Shown in pieces: positions 20,183 to 28,828 of a DNA stretch of 43,673 nucleotides. A program made the translations under genes and the position numbers. The notes beneath the pieces are model-generated. The model had not been told where the DNA came from. It worked only from the letters and a program-made list of their open reading frames with translations, and ran no database searches. Every line of letters begins with the position of its first letter. Position 1 is the first letter of the stretch. The DNA is taken from sequence record DRR723986_29597, one strand, 5' to 3'.

Positions 20183-22789
20183 TCAACGTTTTAATGTAAA
20201 ATGCCCTTTTATAAGCCTTCCATCAATAAGTTTTGCAACAAACCAATAATCATCTGTGTGTAATAATTTACCGTTATACCTCCCATCCCATCTTGGATTG
20301 TTATTATTTAAAACTACTAGTAATTTACCGAATCTATTATAAATTTTAACTTGTGAAGTTACTGGAAACTCTGTTGAAAATCCTTTAATTTCCCATGTGT
20401 CATTTTTATTATCTCCATTTGGAGTAAAGAATTTTGGGTAACCAAGAAGCGAAACATTTTTAGAAACAATTCCGCAGTTGTTCTTGATATCTTTAATATA
20501 AACGGTATAAATACCTGGCTCTACATTCTGAAAAACATTTGAGGATTGATAAAAACCATTACTTTCATCCAAAGCATAGATATAAGTGCCTTCACCTTCA
20601 ACCAATGCTGTAATTGAATTATTACTAGACATATCATTAACCTCAATATCTACTATTGTAGCAATGTTAGAGGCAATCACTTCAACGGTTCTTTCAATTT
20701 CACATCCTTCTGGAGTAGAAATAGTGACCGTATAAACACCTGGAGTATTCACCGCTATTTGAGCTGTTGTTTCTCCTGTAGACCATAAATAGAAATAATT
20801 ATTAGGATTATTATTGAGAATTCCATTTCCTAAAGTAATCGTCTGAGGGAAATCATTTAAACAATAAAAAAACTCGTCATACGTCATGACTTCAGGGATT
20901 TCGTTAACCACAAGGTTTACCTCATTTATGCCATAACAGCCAGTGCTATTATTTACTCTTGCATATATAGTTTGGCTATAAGGTATTGAGTTTTCAAAAT
21001 CACCTGTTATCTCCTCAATCTCTTCCAAAGCATTGGCATAGGTTGTATAAAATGATAACGTTGCATTAGCAGGAACAGTACTCAACAAATCACTACGAGC
21101 ACCCGACAGGCTAAAGGATGTAAATCCATTAACGCTGGTTTCAACGCATTCTGACAGTATTATTTCATTTTGTAATCCAGGATTAACTTCTAAGGTTACC
21201 TCAGTAATAGCATTACAGCCAGAAATTGCATTAATGACTTCAGCATATATGGCTTGAGGATTGCTTAAATTATCGTAAGATTCTGCATTTATGTTATTAA
21301 GAAGACCAGCATCTTCATAAAAACGTACCGAAGTGAATGCACGCATTTCAGGATCTATATTCACTAATATATTATCTGTAAAATTACTAAGATTAAAAGT
21401 GGATAACCCATTTCCATTTTCACCCTCACACTGTACAATAGTTGCAGAGTTAGGCATAGGTGGTGCATATATAATTACTCTTTTTGTATTAGTAGCACTT
21501 TCTGCTCCTAAAGTTATTGTTAGTGACACATCGTATTCACCAGGCCCACTATATGCATGCTGCGGATCTACTTCTGTAGATGTATTACCATCTCCAAAAT
21601 CCCAAAAGACAGAGTCATATTCTTCTTCTATATTAGAATAAAACTGAGTAACTTCTCCTTCGCAAATATTCTCTGCTTGTATGCCCAATCTAAAGTAAGA
21701 TGGAATAAATGTCGGTAAGCCAAATACAGCTTGTCCTTCTTCGAGAAAAATTGCTTCTTGTATGTAGTCTGCACCAGGTCCTCTAATCGTTGGATTATTA
21801 ATGGCATCTAAATAAGGTGTAGAAATCTTTGCAACATAGATTCTACCATCTGGTGCTAATTGCATTGCTCCGAAACCCGTATTAGGAGCAAATGCCAAAG
21901 TAACCTGAGATGCTCTAATATCTTCCTCCTCTTCTGCTAGTAAGCTAAATTGAAAAACACCACCATTGGTTGAGAAACCACCATCAAAAAATGAGGTATA
22001 TAGTAAATTGCCATCTTGTGAAAATTCTACACCATAAAAATTCACGTTCTTCTCAATGGTAATAGCATTTGACAGAATTCCTGTAGCATTATCAAAGTCA
22101 AATAATTGAACCTCACCAACACGTGCAATAGCAATTCTATTCCCTCTGGGAGAAATTTTAATCTGACCAATAATATTTGAAACTCCTGTTATAGTACCAA
22201 TAGCTGAAATTACAGGATTAGGATTTACACCACTAGAGGTAACTTCATAAGCAATAAATTCATCACTGTTATATTTATGAGCCACCACCCAAAAACCATC
22301 ATCGTCTTGGTTCTCTATAGCGATTAAACTTTCATTAGTAGGTGCAATTAAAAACTCATTCTTAACCGATGTTACTTGGCCTAAACCATTATTAGAAGAA
22401 ATGTCTACTACAGAATATTGCAATCCATTAGGTCCTCCATCTGAATCTATGGTAAAAATGTAATACTGATTAATATTACCTGGATCAGGAAAAATAATAG
22501 CCGAGTGTGTACTAGAAAAATTACCAGAAAGGCCATTACCATTTGCCATGACCTGATGATTTTTATTATACACGGTTACACCATCAGTATAAAATAACAA
22601 CTCACCATCTGCCGATGACATGGTCGAGCAACCTTCAAAAGTTGCCAACTGACCATTAGACAAAATTTCAGGTACACCATTATTAAAATCTAAACCAGCA
22701 TTTAATCCAAAATACCAAAAATTAGCTTCCCCTTGACTTAATAAGTAAACAGGTAATATAAGTAGTATTAAAAAGGTAATTTTTTTCAA
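20183..22789 (-). CDS. T9SS type-B sorting domain protein with N-terminal beta-propeller-like region and PKD domain
   Basis: Signal peptide, WYFG..AGLDF, PKD motif WDFGDG....P.H.Y..PG.Y.V.L, and CTD YPKFFTPNGD..ND.W...DDYWF...GHFTLKR. Confidence 0.93.
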   Translation of the reverse strand: MKKITFLILLILPVYLLSQGEANFWYFGLNAGLDFNNGVPEILSNGQLATFEGCSTMSSADGELLFYTDGVTVYNKNHQVMANGNGLSGNFSSTHSAIIFPDPGNINQYYIFTIDSDGGPNGLQYSVVDISSNNGLGQVTSVKNEFLIAPTNESLIAIENQDDDGFWVVAHKYNSDEFIAYEVTSSGVNPNPVISAIGTITGVSNIIGQIKISPRGNRIAIARVGEVQLFDFDNATGILSNAITIEKNVNFYGVEFSQDGNLLYTSFFDGGFSTNGGVFQFSLLAEEEEDIRASQVTLAFAPNTGFGAMQLAPDGRIYVAKISTPYLDAINNPTIRGPGADYIQEAIFLEEGQAVFGLPTFIPSYFRLGIQAENICEGEVTQFYSNIEEEYDSVFWDFGDGNTSTEVDPQHAYSGPGEYDVSLTITLGAESATNTKRVIIYAPPMPNSATIVQCEGENGNGLSTFNLSNFTDNILVNIDPEMRAFTSVRFYEDAGLLNNINAESYDNLSNPQAIYAEVINAISGCNAITEVTLEVNPGLQNEIILSECVETSVNGFTSFSLSGARSDLLSTVPANATLSFYTTYANALEEIEEITGDFENSIPYSQTIYARVNNSTGCYGINEVNLVVNEIPEVMTYDEFFYCLNDFPQTITLGNGILNNNPNNYFYLWSTGETTAQIAVNTPGVYTVTISTPEGCEIERTVEVIASNIATIVDIEVNDMSSNNSITALVEGEGTYIYALDESNGFYQSSNVFQNVEPGIYTVYIKDIKNNCGIVSKNVSLLGYPKFFTPNGDNKNDTWEIKGFSTEFPVTSQVKIYNRFGKLLVVLNNNNPRWDGRYNGKLLHTDDYWFVAKLIDGRLIKGHFTLKR

Positions 22790-22829
22790 TAGAATTGATT
22801 ATTAAAATGCTTAATAAAACTATTTGAAC

Positions 22830-25265
22830 TTATCTCTTTAGGGTAAAATGACCCTTAATCTCTCTACCATCTATTAGCTTAGCAATAAACCAATAGTCAT
22901 CTGTTTTTAACAGCTTTCCATTATATCTTCCGTTCCAACTAGGATTATCAGCATTTAAAACAGCTAGTAATTTACCGTATCTATCAAAAATATTCACTTC
23001 ATAAGTCACAGACATTTGAGATGAAAATCCTTTAATTTGCCAAGTATCGTTTATAGAATCACCATTAGGCGTGAAAAATTTAGGAAAACCTATGACCGAT
23101 ATATCATCAAAAACAATACCACAATTATTCTTAATGTCCTTTACGAATACAGTATGTATTCCTGGTGAAACAGATTCAAAAATATTTGATTCCTGATAAG
23201 GTCCATTTTGGTCATCCATGGCATAAACATACTCGCCTTCGCCAGAAACAAAAACTGAAACCACGTTATTTTCGGAAACGTCTTCAACTTCAATAGTCTC
23301 AATTATTGCGGTGCTTGACGGTAAAACAACTACGGTGCGTCTATTTGTACAACCAGCAGGTCTGGTTACAAAAACAGTATAAGTTCCTGCTTGATTAACT
23401 TCTATATTTATTGTAGTCTCTCCAGTTGACCAATCGTAAGCAAAATTATTAGGAATATCATCAATAATTCCACCATTTAATGTAATTGTCTCAGGAAAGC
23501 TATTTAAACAATAATACACTTCCTCATAATCAATAACATTTGGTATATCTTTTACAATTAAGGTGACCTCATTTATTGAATAACATGAATTGTTAAAGTC
23601 TACTCTGGCAAAAATGATCTGGCTGTAGGGATTTGTATTAAAATAATTATCAGACAAGGCGTTTACTAGTAAAAGCGCGTCATTATATGTCTCGTAATAT
23701 GTGACTGTAGAATTAACAGTAGCACCATTAAGTACCTGAATATTGGCTTCTGTTAAATCAAAAAATGTAAATCCGTCTACTACAAAATCGTCACATGTTT
23801 CTATAAGGGCATTAACTGGTAAACCTGAATTTACACGTAATTCAATTTCTGAAATCGAAGTACAATTTGTCATAGGGTTATATACCTCAGAGTAAATAAT
23901 CTGAGGATTTGAACTATTTTGAAAACTATTGCTATTGATACTGTTTTGTAAATCCTCATCTTCATAAAATTTTATTTCTACTACCTCTAAGCTCTCCTCT
24001 GAATTACCTTCTAAAATAGCATCTATATAATTTGACATATTAAATACGGAAATTCCATCTCCGACATTATCATCGCATTGAGAAATCAATATATCATTAG
24101 CAACTGGTGCTTCAAATACGGTTATCGTTACGGGTATTCTTGGACCACCAATGCATCCTGTAAAATTAGCTGATAACCAAAAAGTCGTTGTATCGTCTAA
24201 GAATGTCTCATAAGATAATCCTGTATTAATTACTTCAGTAGAAGATGGAGTCTCATACCACAGAATCTCATCGGTATTAGAGCTAATCTCTATTTGTGCT
24301 AATCCTTGAACACAAAGTGATTCCGTAACAATATTAAGTTTAGGAGTTATAATAGTTGTAAAAGCAGAAACATTAACCTCTGGATCACCAGGCATTCCGC
24401 CGAACTCCACAATGTAACCTTGCGGATGATATGGATTAGTAGGATCTTCAGCGCCTGAGTTTGGTAAATCATTCCATGATCCTAAAATACCTATACTCGG
24501 ATCGGTGATATGAGCATAGTTTTCGCCACCACAACAATTATTAGGTTCACCTGTATTCCAAAATGCAAACATTCCATCTGGTGCAGAACCACTAGAAACA
24601 CCATTCCAAAACACTTGCCCTTCTTCAGGTCCTGTTTCCCAAATCCAAGTACCTTCATTAGATTGATCTGAGCCACCAATCCAGCCTGTACCAGAACTTT
24701 GTTCACCTGTTAATTGAGCTTCTTCTTCAGAAGTTATAGTTACTAAATAACCTTGTAAACCAAAATACGTTTGAGATTCTGCCTCGGCTTTTGCTTCCGT
24801 CCAAGAAATACCTTGGTCAGCAACATAAAAATAATAATGACCTGTTGATGGTAAAAAATTGGCATTTCCAAGATTAATAGAAAACACCTTGTCTTCAGTA
24901 AAATTTGTTTGGGTAGTTTGAAAAATAACATCAGCGATTGCATCTTCATACTCTGCAAAAGTGGCTGTGCCAGATAATGCCAAAACGCCCTCATTAACCG
25001 ACCAACTTGATGAAATATTTGGATGTGTACCTGATAAACTTAAGACATCTTGACCAGAAGTATAACCTTGTGAAATTTGAATATAAGCCTCATCTAATAT
25101 TCCAGCACCTGAAGAAATAGAAATATCTGTTACTATTGACATTTCCGCACTACCACAATATAACTGATTGCCAGTTGAAACAATTTGAGGTGTTGCTTGC
25201 GCAACGCAAATAGCAAAATTTAGGGTACAAAAAATAGAGACTAAAAATATCTTTAACCTTATCAT
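22830..25265 (-). CDS. T9SS type-B sorting domain protein with C-type lectin domain
   Basis: Signal peptide, TGHYY...SWTEAK...GYLVTITS.EE, WIG, W.WETGPE, GEPN, WND, and CTD FPKFFTPNGD...GHFTLKR. Confidence 0.93.
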   Translation of the reverse strand: MIRLKIFLVSIFCTLNFAICVAQATPQIVSTGNQLYCGSAEMSIVTDISISSGAGILDEAYIQISQGYTSGQDVLSLSGTHPNISSSWSVNEGVLALSGTATFAEYEDAIADVIFQTTQTNFTEDKVFSINLGNANFLPSTGHYYFYVADQGISWTEAKAEAESQTYFGLQGYLVTITSEEEAQLTGEQSSGTGWIGGSDQSNEGTWIWETGPEEGQVFWNGVSSGSAPDGMFAFWNTGEPNNCCGGENYAHITDPSIGILGSWNDLPNSGAEDPTNPYHPQGYIVEFGGMPGDPEVNVSAFTTIITPKLNIVTESLCVQGLAQIEISSNTDEILWYETPSSTEVINTGLSYETFLDDTTTFWLSANFTGCIGGPRIPVTITVFEAPVANDILISQCDDNVGDGISVFNMSNYIDAILEGNSEESLEVVEIKFYEDEDLQNSINSNSFQNSSNPQIIYSEVYNPMTNCTSISEIELRVNSGLPVNALIETCDDFVVDGFTFFDLTEANIQVLNGATVNSTVTYYETYNDALLLVNALSDNYFNTNPYSQIIFARVDFNNSCYSINEVTLIVKDIPNVIDYEEVYYCLNSFPETITLNGGIIDDIPNNFAYDWSTGETTINIEVNQAGTYTVFVTRPAGCTNRRTVVVLPSSTAIIETIEVEDVSENNVVSVFVSGEGEYVYAMDDQNGPYQESNIFESVSPGIHTVFVKDIKNNCGIVFDDISVIGFPKFFTPNGDSINDTWQIKGFSSQMSVTYEVNIFDRYGKLLAVLNADNPSWNGRYNGKLLKTDDYWFIAKLIDGREIKGHFTLKR

Positions 25266-25281
25266 AGCAAGATTAAAAATA

Positions 25282-26586
25282 CTATTTTTTTCTCATATAA
25301 ACACTGACAGGAACTCCTGTGAAATCGAAATGATCTCTTAACTGATTTTCAAGAAACCTTTTATAAGGTTCCTTAACATATTGCGGTAAATTGCAGAAAA
25401 ATGCAAATTGTGGCTGTGGAGTTGGCAATTGAATTATGTATTTAATCTTAACAAATTTACCTTTATATGCTGGTGGTGGGTATTTTTCTATAATTGGTAG
25501 TAAAGTATCATTAAGTACACTAGTCTTAATTCGTTTTGTTCTATTTTTATAAACTTCAACAGCGGTCTCAATTGCCTTAAAAATTCGTTGTTTATTTAAA
25601 ACAGAAATAAATACAATCGGCACATCAGTAAATGGTTCTATTTCTTTCCTAATATGCTTTTCAAATTCCTTAGCTGTTTTATTGTCTTTTTCAACTAAAT
25701 CCCACTTGTTAACTAAAATTACAATACCTTTTCTATTGCGTTCTGCCAGCCAAAAAATATTCTGAACCTGACCATCAAAGCCACGTGTTGCATCTAAAAC
25801 CAATAAACAAACATCACTATGTTCAATAGCTCTGACACTTCGCATTACTGAATAAAACTCTAAGTTTTCTTTTACTTTGGACTTACGTCTTATTCCAGCT
25901 GTATCAACGAGATTAAATTCAAATCCAAATCTGTTATACTTTGTATCAATAGAGTCTCTCGTAGTACCAGCAATATCAGTGACAATATACCTGTCTTCGC
26001 CAATAAGTGCATTAATAAATGAAGATTTACCAGCATTTGGTCTTCCTACTACCGCAAAGCGCGGTAATTGCTCTTCTACTTCTTCTTCCTTTTCTGGTAA
26101 AGCCTCGACCACTGCATCTAATAAATCTCCTGTACCACTTCCATTTATACTCGCAATGGTAAAATAGTCTCCTAAACCAAGTGAGTAGAACTCTACAGCA
26201 TCTTCTGCTCTCTTATTATTATCTACTTTATTTACAACCAGAAAAACAGGCTTATCCACTTTCCGTAACAAATTGGCAACATCTTCATCCATACCTGTAA
26301 CACCAGTCTCAACGTCTACCATAAAAATTATAGCATCAGCTTCATCTATAGCTAGTTCTACCTGTTTATCTATTTCAGATTCAAAAACATCATCGCTACC
26401 AACAACATAACCACCTGTGTCTATTAATGAAAACTCTCTACCATTCCAATCTGTTTTACCGTAATGACGATCTCTAGTTACACCACTAACTGCATCAACA
26501 ATTGCTTCTCGTCTTTGTATAAGACGATTAAAAAAAGTTGACTTACCAACATTTGGTCTACCTACTATTGCAACTATATTTCCCAT
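25282..26586 (-). CDS. der: Ribosome biogenesis GTPase Der (EngA)
   Basis: Two GTPase domains ([16 protein letters not shown] and [16 protein letters not shown]). Confidence 0.98.
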   Translation of the reverse strand: MGNIVAIVGRPNVGKSTFFNRLIQRREAIVDAVSGVTRDRHYGKTDWNGREFSLIDTGGYVVGSDDVFESEIDKQVELAIDEADAIIFMVDVETGVTGMDEDVANLLRKVDKPVFLVVNKVDNNKRAEDAVEFYSLGLGDYFTIASINGSGTGDLLDAVVEALPEKEEEVEEQLPRFAVVGRPNAGKSSFINALIGEDRYIVTDIAGTTRDSIDTKYNRFGFEFNLVDTAGIRRKSKVKENLEFYSVMRSVRAIEHSDVCLLVLDATRGFDGQVQNIFWLAERNRKGIVILVNKWDLVEKDNKTAKEFEKHIRKEIEPFTDVPIVFISVLNKQRIFKAIETAVEVYKNRTKRIKTSVLNDTLLPIIEKYPPPAYKGKFVKIKYIIQLPTPQPQFAFFCNLPQYVKEPYKRFLENQLRDHFDFTGVPVSVYMRKK

Positions 26587-26602
26587 ACTCTAAATCTTGC
26601 CG

Positions 26603-26610
26603 CAAAGGTA
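26603..26610 (-). promoter_or_regulatory. -7 box (TACCTTTG) for der
   Basis: TAnnTTTG match 16 nt upstream of the start. Confidence 0.6.
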
Positions 26611-26677
26611 GTATTAAATCTTATATTTAATTTAAAAGAAATTATGTAAATTGAAGATGTTACTGCATTACCTGATT

Positions 26678-27198
26678 ATTGAGCTCTCTAATGAAATAAT
26701 ATTAAGACCAAGATTTAATTTTAAAGTCAATGAAATTAACAATGTGCTTTTGTCTTTATTTGAAGATAAGGGTAGAACGCAATCAGATTTCATAGTTACT
26801 CGTGTTGATGCTCATGTCTTTAATAAAATACCTAAGCAAAAGCAACACTTTTGGTCACCGCAACTCCATTTGGAAATTAATGAAGATTACGATGAGAAAA
26901 AAACCAGTATGATTTACGGGCTATTTGGTCCTAACCCAACGGTATGGACCATGTTTATGTTTTTTCATTTCGTAGTAGCTGGTTTTTTTATTGGATTTGC
27001 TATTTGAGCTTATATAAATTGGTCCTTAGTAAGCAGTTATGCAATTCAATTATTCGTTACGCTATTAATGGTAATGATATGGTCAGCACTTTACTTTGGA
27101 GGTCGTCTAGGAAAGAGGACTGGTATGGATCAAATGCACAACTTCACCATTTTATGCGAGATACCTTGAGAAGTCAAGGTATTCATTCCATTACCTAA
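26678..27198 (+). pseudogene. Conserved flavobacterial two-TM hypothetical protein, disrupted by a TGA at 27005-27007 and a frameshift near 27140
   Basis: LRPRF, HFWSPQLHLEI and GLFGPNPTVWTMFMF. After the TGA the frame continues AYINWSL...YFGGRLGK..G.DQMH, and LHHFMRDTL lies in the adjacent frame. The apparent start position reads ATT. Confidence 0.8.
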
Positions 27199-27201
27199 TA
27201 G

Positions 27202-28080
27202 TTATTGATTATAACCAAAACGCCTTAATTGGTTTTGATTACTACGCCAATTCTTGTTAACTTTTACATACAATTCTAAATGAACCTGCTTTCCAAAAAA
27301 CTTTTCTAGATCCTTTCTAGCTTCAACTCCAACACGCTTTATTGCAGATCCTTTATGTCCTATTATAATTCCCTTTTGCGTTTCACGCTCAACCATAATT
27401 ACAGAGCGCATTCTTATGATCTTTTCCTCCTCAAAAAACTCTTCTGTATCTACTTCTACAGCATAAGGAATTTCCTTTTTGTAGTGCACTAATATTTTTT
27501 CCCTGATGGCTTCATTAACGAAAAATCGCTCAGGTTTATCCGTAATCTGGTCCTTTGGATAAAATGGAGGTGACTCTGGTAGTAACTCTATAATTCTATC
27601 AAAAACATTTTTTACATTAAATCCATTCAAGGCCGATATAGGATAAAATTCTGCATTTGGAACCTTTTGTTGCCACAACTCGGATTGTTCTTCTAGTTGT
27701 TCTTGATTTGAGCTATCGATTTTATTTAGCAGTAGCAATACAGGTATTTTAGAGTTTGTGATTTTATTAAAAAATACTTCATCCTTTAATTCCTTCTCAC
27801 CTATTTCTACCATATAGATTAATAAGTCTGCATCTTCAAATGCAGACTTAACAAATCCCATCATAGATTCTTGCAATTCGTATGCAGGTTTTATAATTCC
27901 TGGCGTATCACTTAGTACAACTTGAAAATTCTCTCCATTTACAATTCCTAATATACGGTGTCTAGTTGTCTGTGCCTTAGATGTAATAATGGATAATTTC
28001 TCACCCATAAATGCATTCATCAGGGTAGATTTACCAACATTTGGGTTACCAATAATATTTACAAAACCAGCTTTGTGCAT
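27202..28080 (-). CDS. era: GTPase Era
   Basis: HKAGFVNIIGNPNVGKST, QTTR, DTPG, NKID, EIPY, and KH motif IIIGHKG. Confidence 0.98.
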   Translation of the reverse strand: MHKAGFVNIIGNPNVGKSTLMNAFMGEKLSIITSKAQTTRHRILGIVNGENFQVVLSDTPGIIKPAYELQESMMGFVKSAFEDADLLIYMVEIGEKELKDEVFFNKITNSKIPVLLLLNKIDSSNQEQLEEQSELWQQKVPNAEFYPISALNGFNVKNVFDRIIELLPESPPFYPKDQITDKPERFFVNEAIREKILVHYKKEIPYAVEVDTEEFFEEEKIIRMRSVIMVERETQKGIIIGHKGSAIKRVGVEARKDLEKFFGKQVHLELYVKVNKNWRSNQNQLRRFGYNQ

Positions 28081-28096
28081 CTAATTTATTTTTTTT

Positions 28097-28104
28097 CAAA
28101 GTTA
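28097..28104 (-). promoter_or_regulatory. -7 box (TAACTTTG) for era
   Basis: TAnnTTTG match 16 nt upstream of the start. Confidence 0.6.
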
Positions 28105-28270
28105 CAACCTTTAATTCCATTGGAGAGATTAAATCTTAAACGAAGAAAAATTGACTTTTTTAATGGATTAAAAATAGAAATATTTACATATAATTTTAAT
28201 CTTAAGTCTATTGGTATGATTTATGATACTATTAATATGTTTTGTAATCCAAGTATAATAAAAATATTAA

Positions 28271-28603
28271 ATGAAACTTTTACTTTTCCTTTTTACACTA
28301 TTTTTTGGAGTCTCGTGTTTTGCACAAAAAGTTTATTCTGTAGAATATGAAAATCAGGCAGATGCAAAGGTATACGTAGTGAACTATGAAAATCAGGCTG
28401 ACCTAAAAGTATATAAGGTTAAATATTCAAATCAGGCAATAAATAATATTGGTAAATGGTTTTTTACAACCTATCGTAATCAAGCAAGTAAGACTTTGTT
28501 TTTTGTTGATTATGAAAATCAGGCTGATTTTAAAATTTACTTTGTTGAATACGAAAACCAAGCAGGCTGGCGTAATAAATCCAAACAACATTTTATGTTT
28601 TAA
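28271..28603 (+). CDS. Secreted 13-aa repeat protein (DUF6150-like)
   Basis: Signal peptide followed by six KVY.V.YENQAD-type repeats. Confidence 0.85.
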   Translation: MKLLLFLFTLFFGVSCFAQKVYSVEYENQADAKVYVVNYENQADLKVYKVKYSNQAINNIGKWFFTTYRNQASKTLFFVDYENQADFKIYFVEYENQAGWRNKSKQHFMF

Positions 28604-28828
28604 CTAGAAAATTGGGAAAGAAAATTAATTGTAGACTTAAATGGTACATTATTTATTTCTATATTCCTAATAAGGGAAAAACCTTTATTAACGTAAGGAG
28701 TTCTATTAGTACTTAAATTTTTATGGTAACTTTTTATTTAGATTATATAACTTTTAAAAAGTTAGAATTTCAAAAGTGAACTAATTACGTTATTTTAGCT
28801 ATAACTTACCGCTTAAGAAAATTACAAA

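Noticed and set aside
27005-27007. Selenocysteine at the in-frame TGA
   Set aside because: TM context fits Trp, there is no redox motif, and the gene carries a separate frameshift.
9824-27198. Alternative genetic code or stop-codon reassignment to explain the in-frame stops
   Set aside because: The lesions use all three stops at positions implying different residues, all three codons terminate normal genes here, and long core genes contain none.
28075-28350. 91-aa ORF upstream of era
   Set aside because: Overlaps the era start, its promoter and the repeat-protein gene, and has low-complexity AT-driven composition.
28346-28565. CRISPR-like spaced repeats
   Set aside because: Repeats are short, in frame and coding, spacers are similar to one another, and there are no cas genes.
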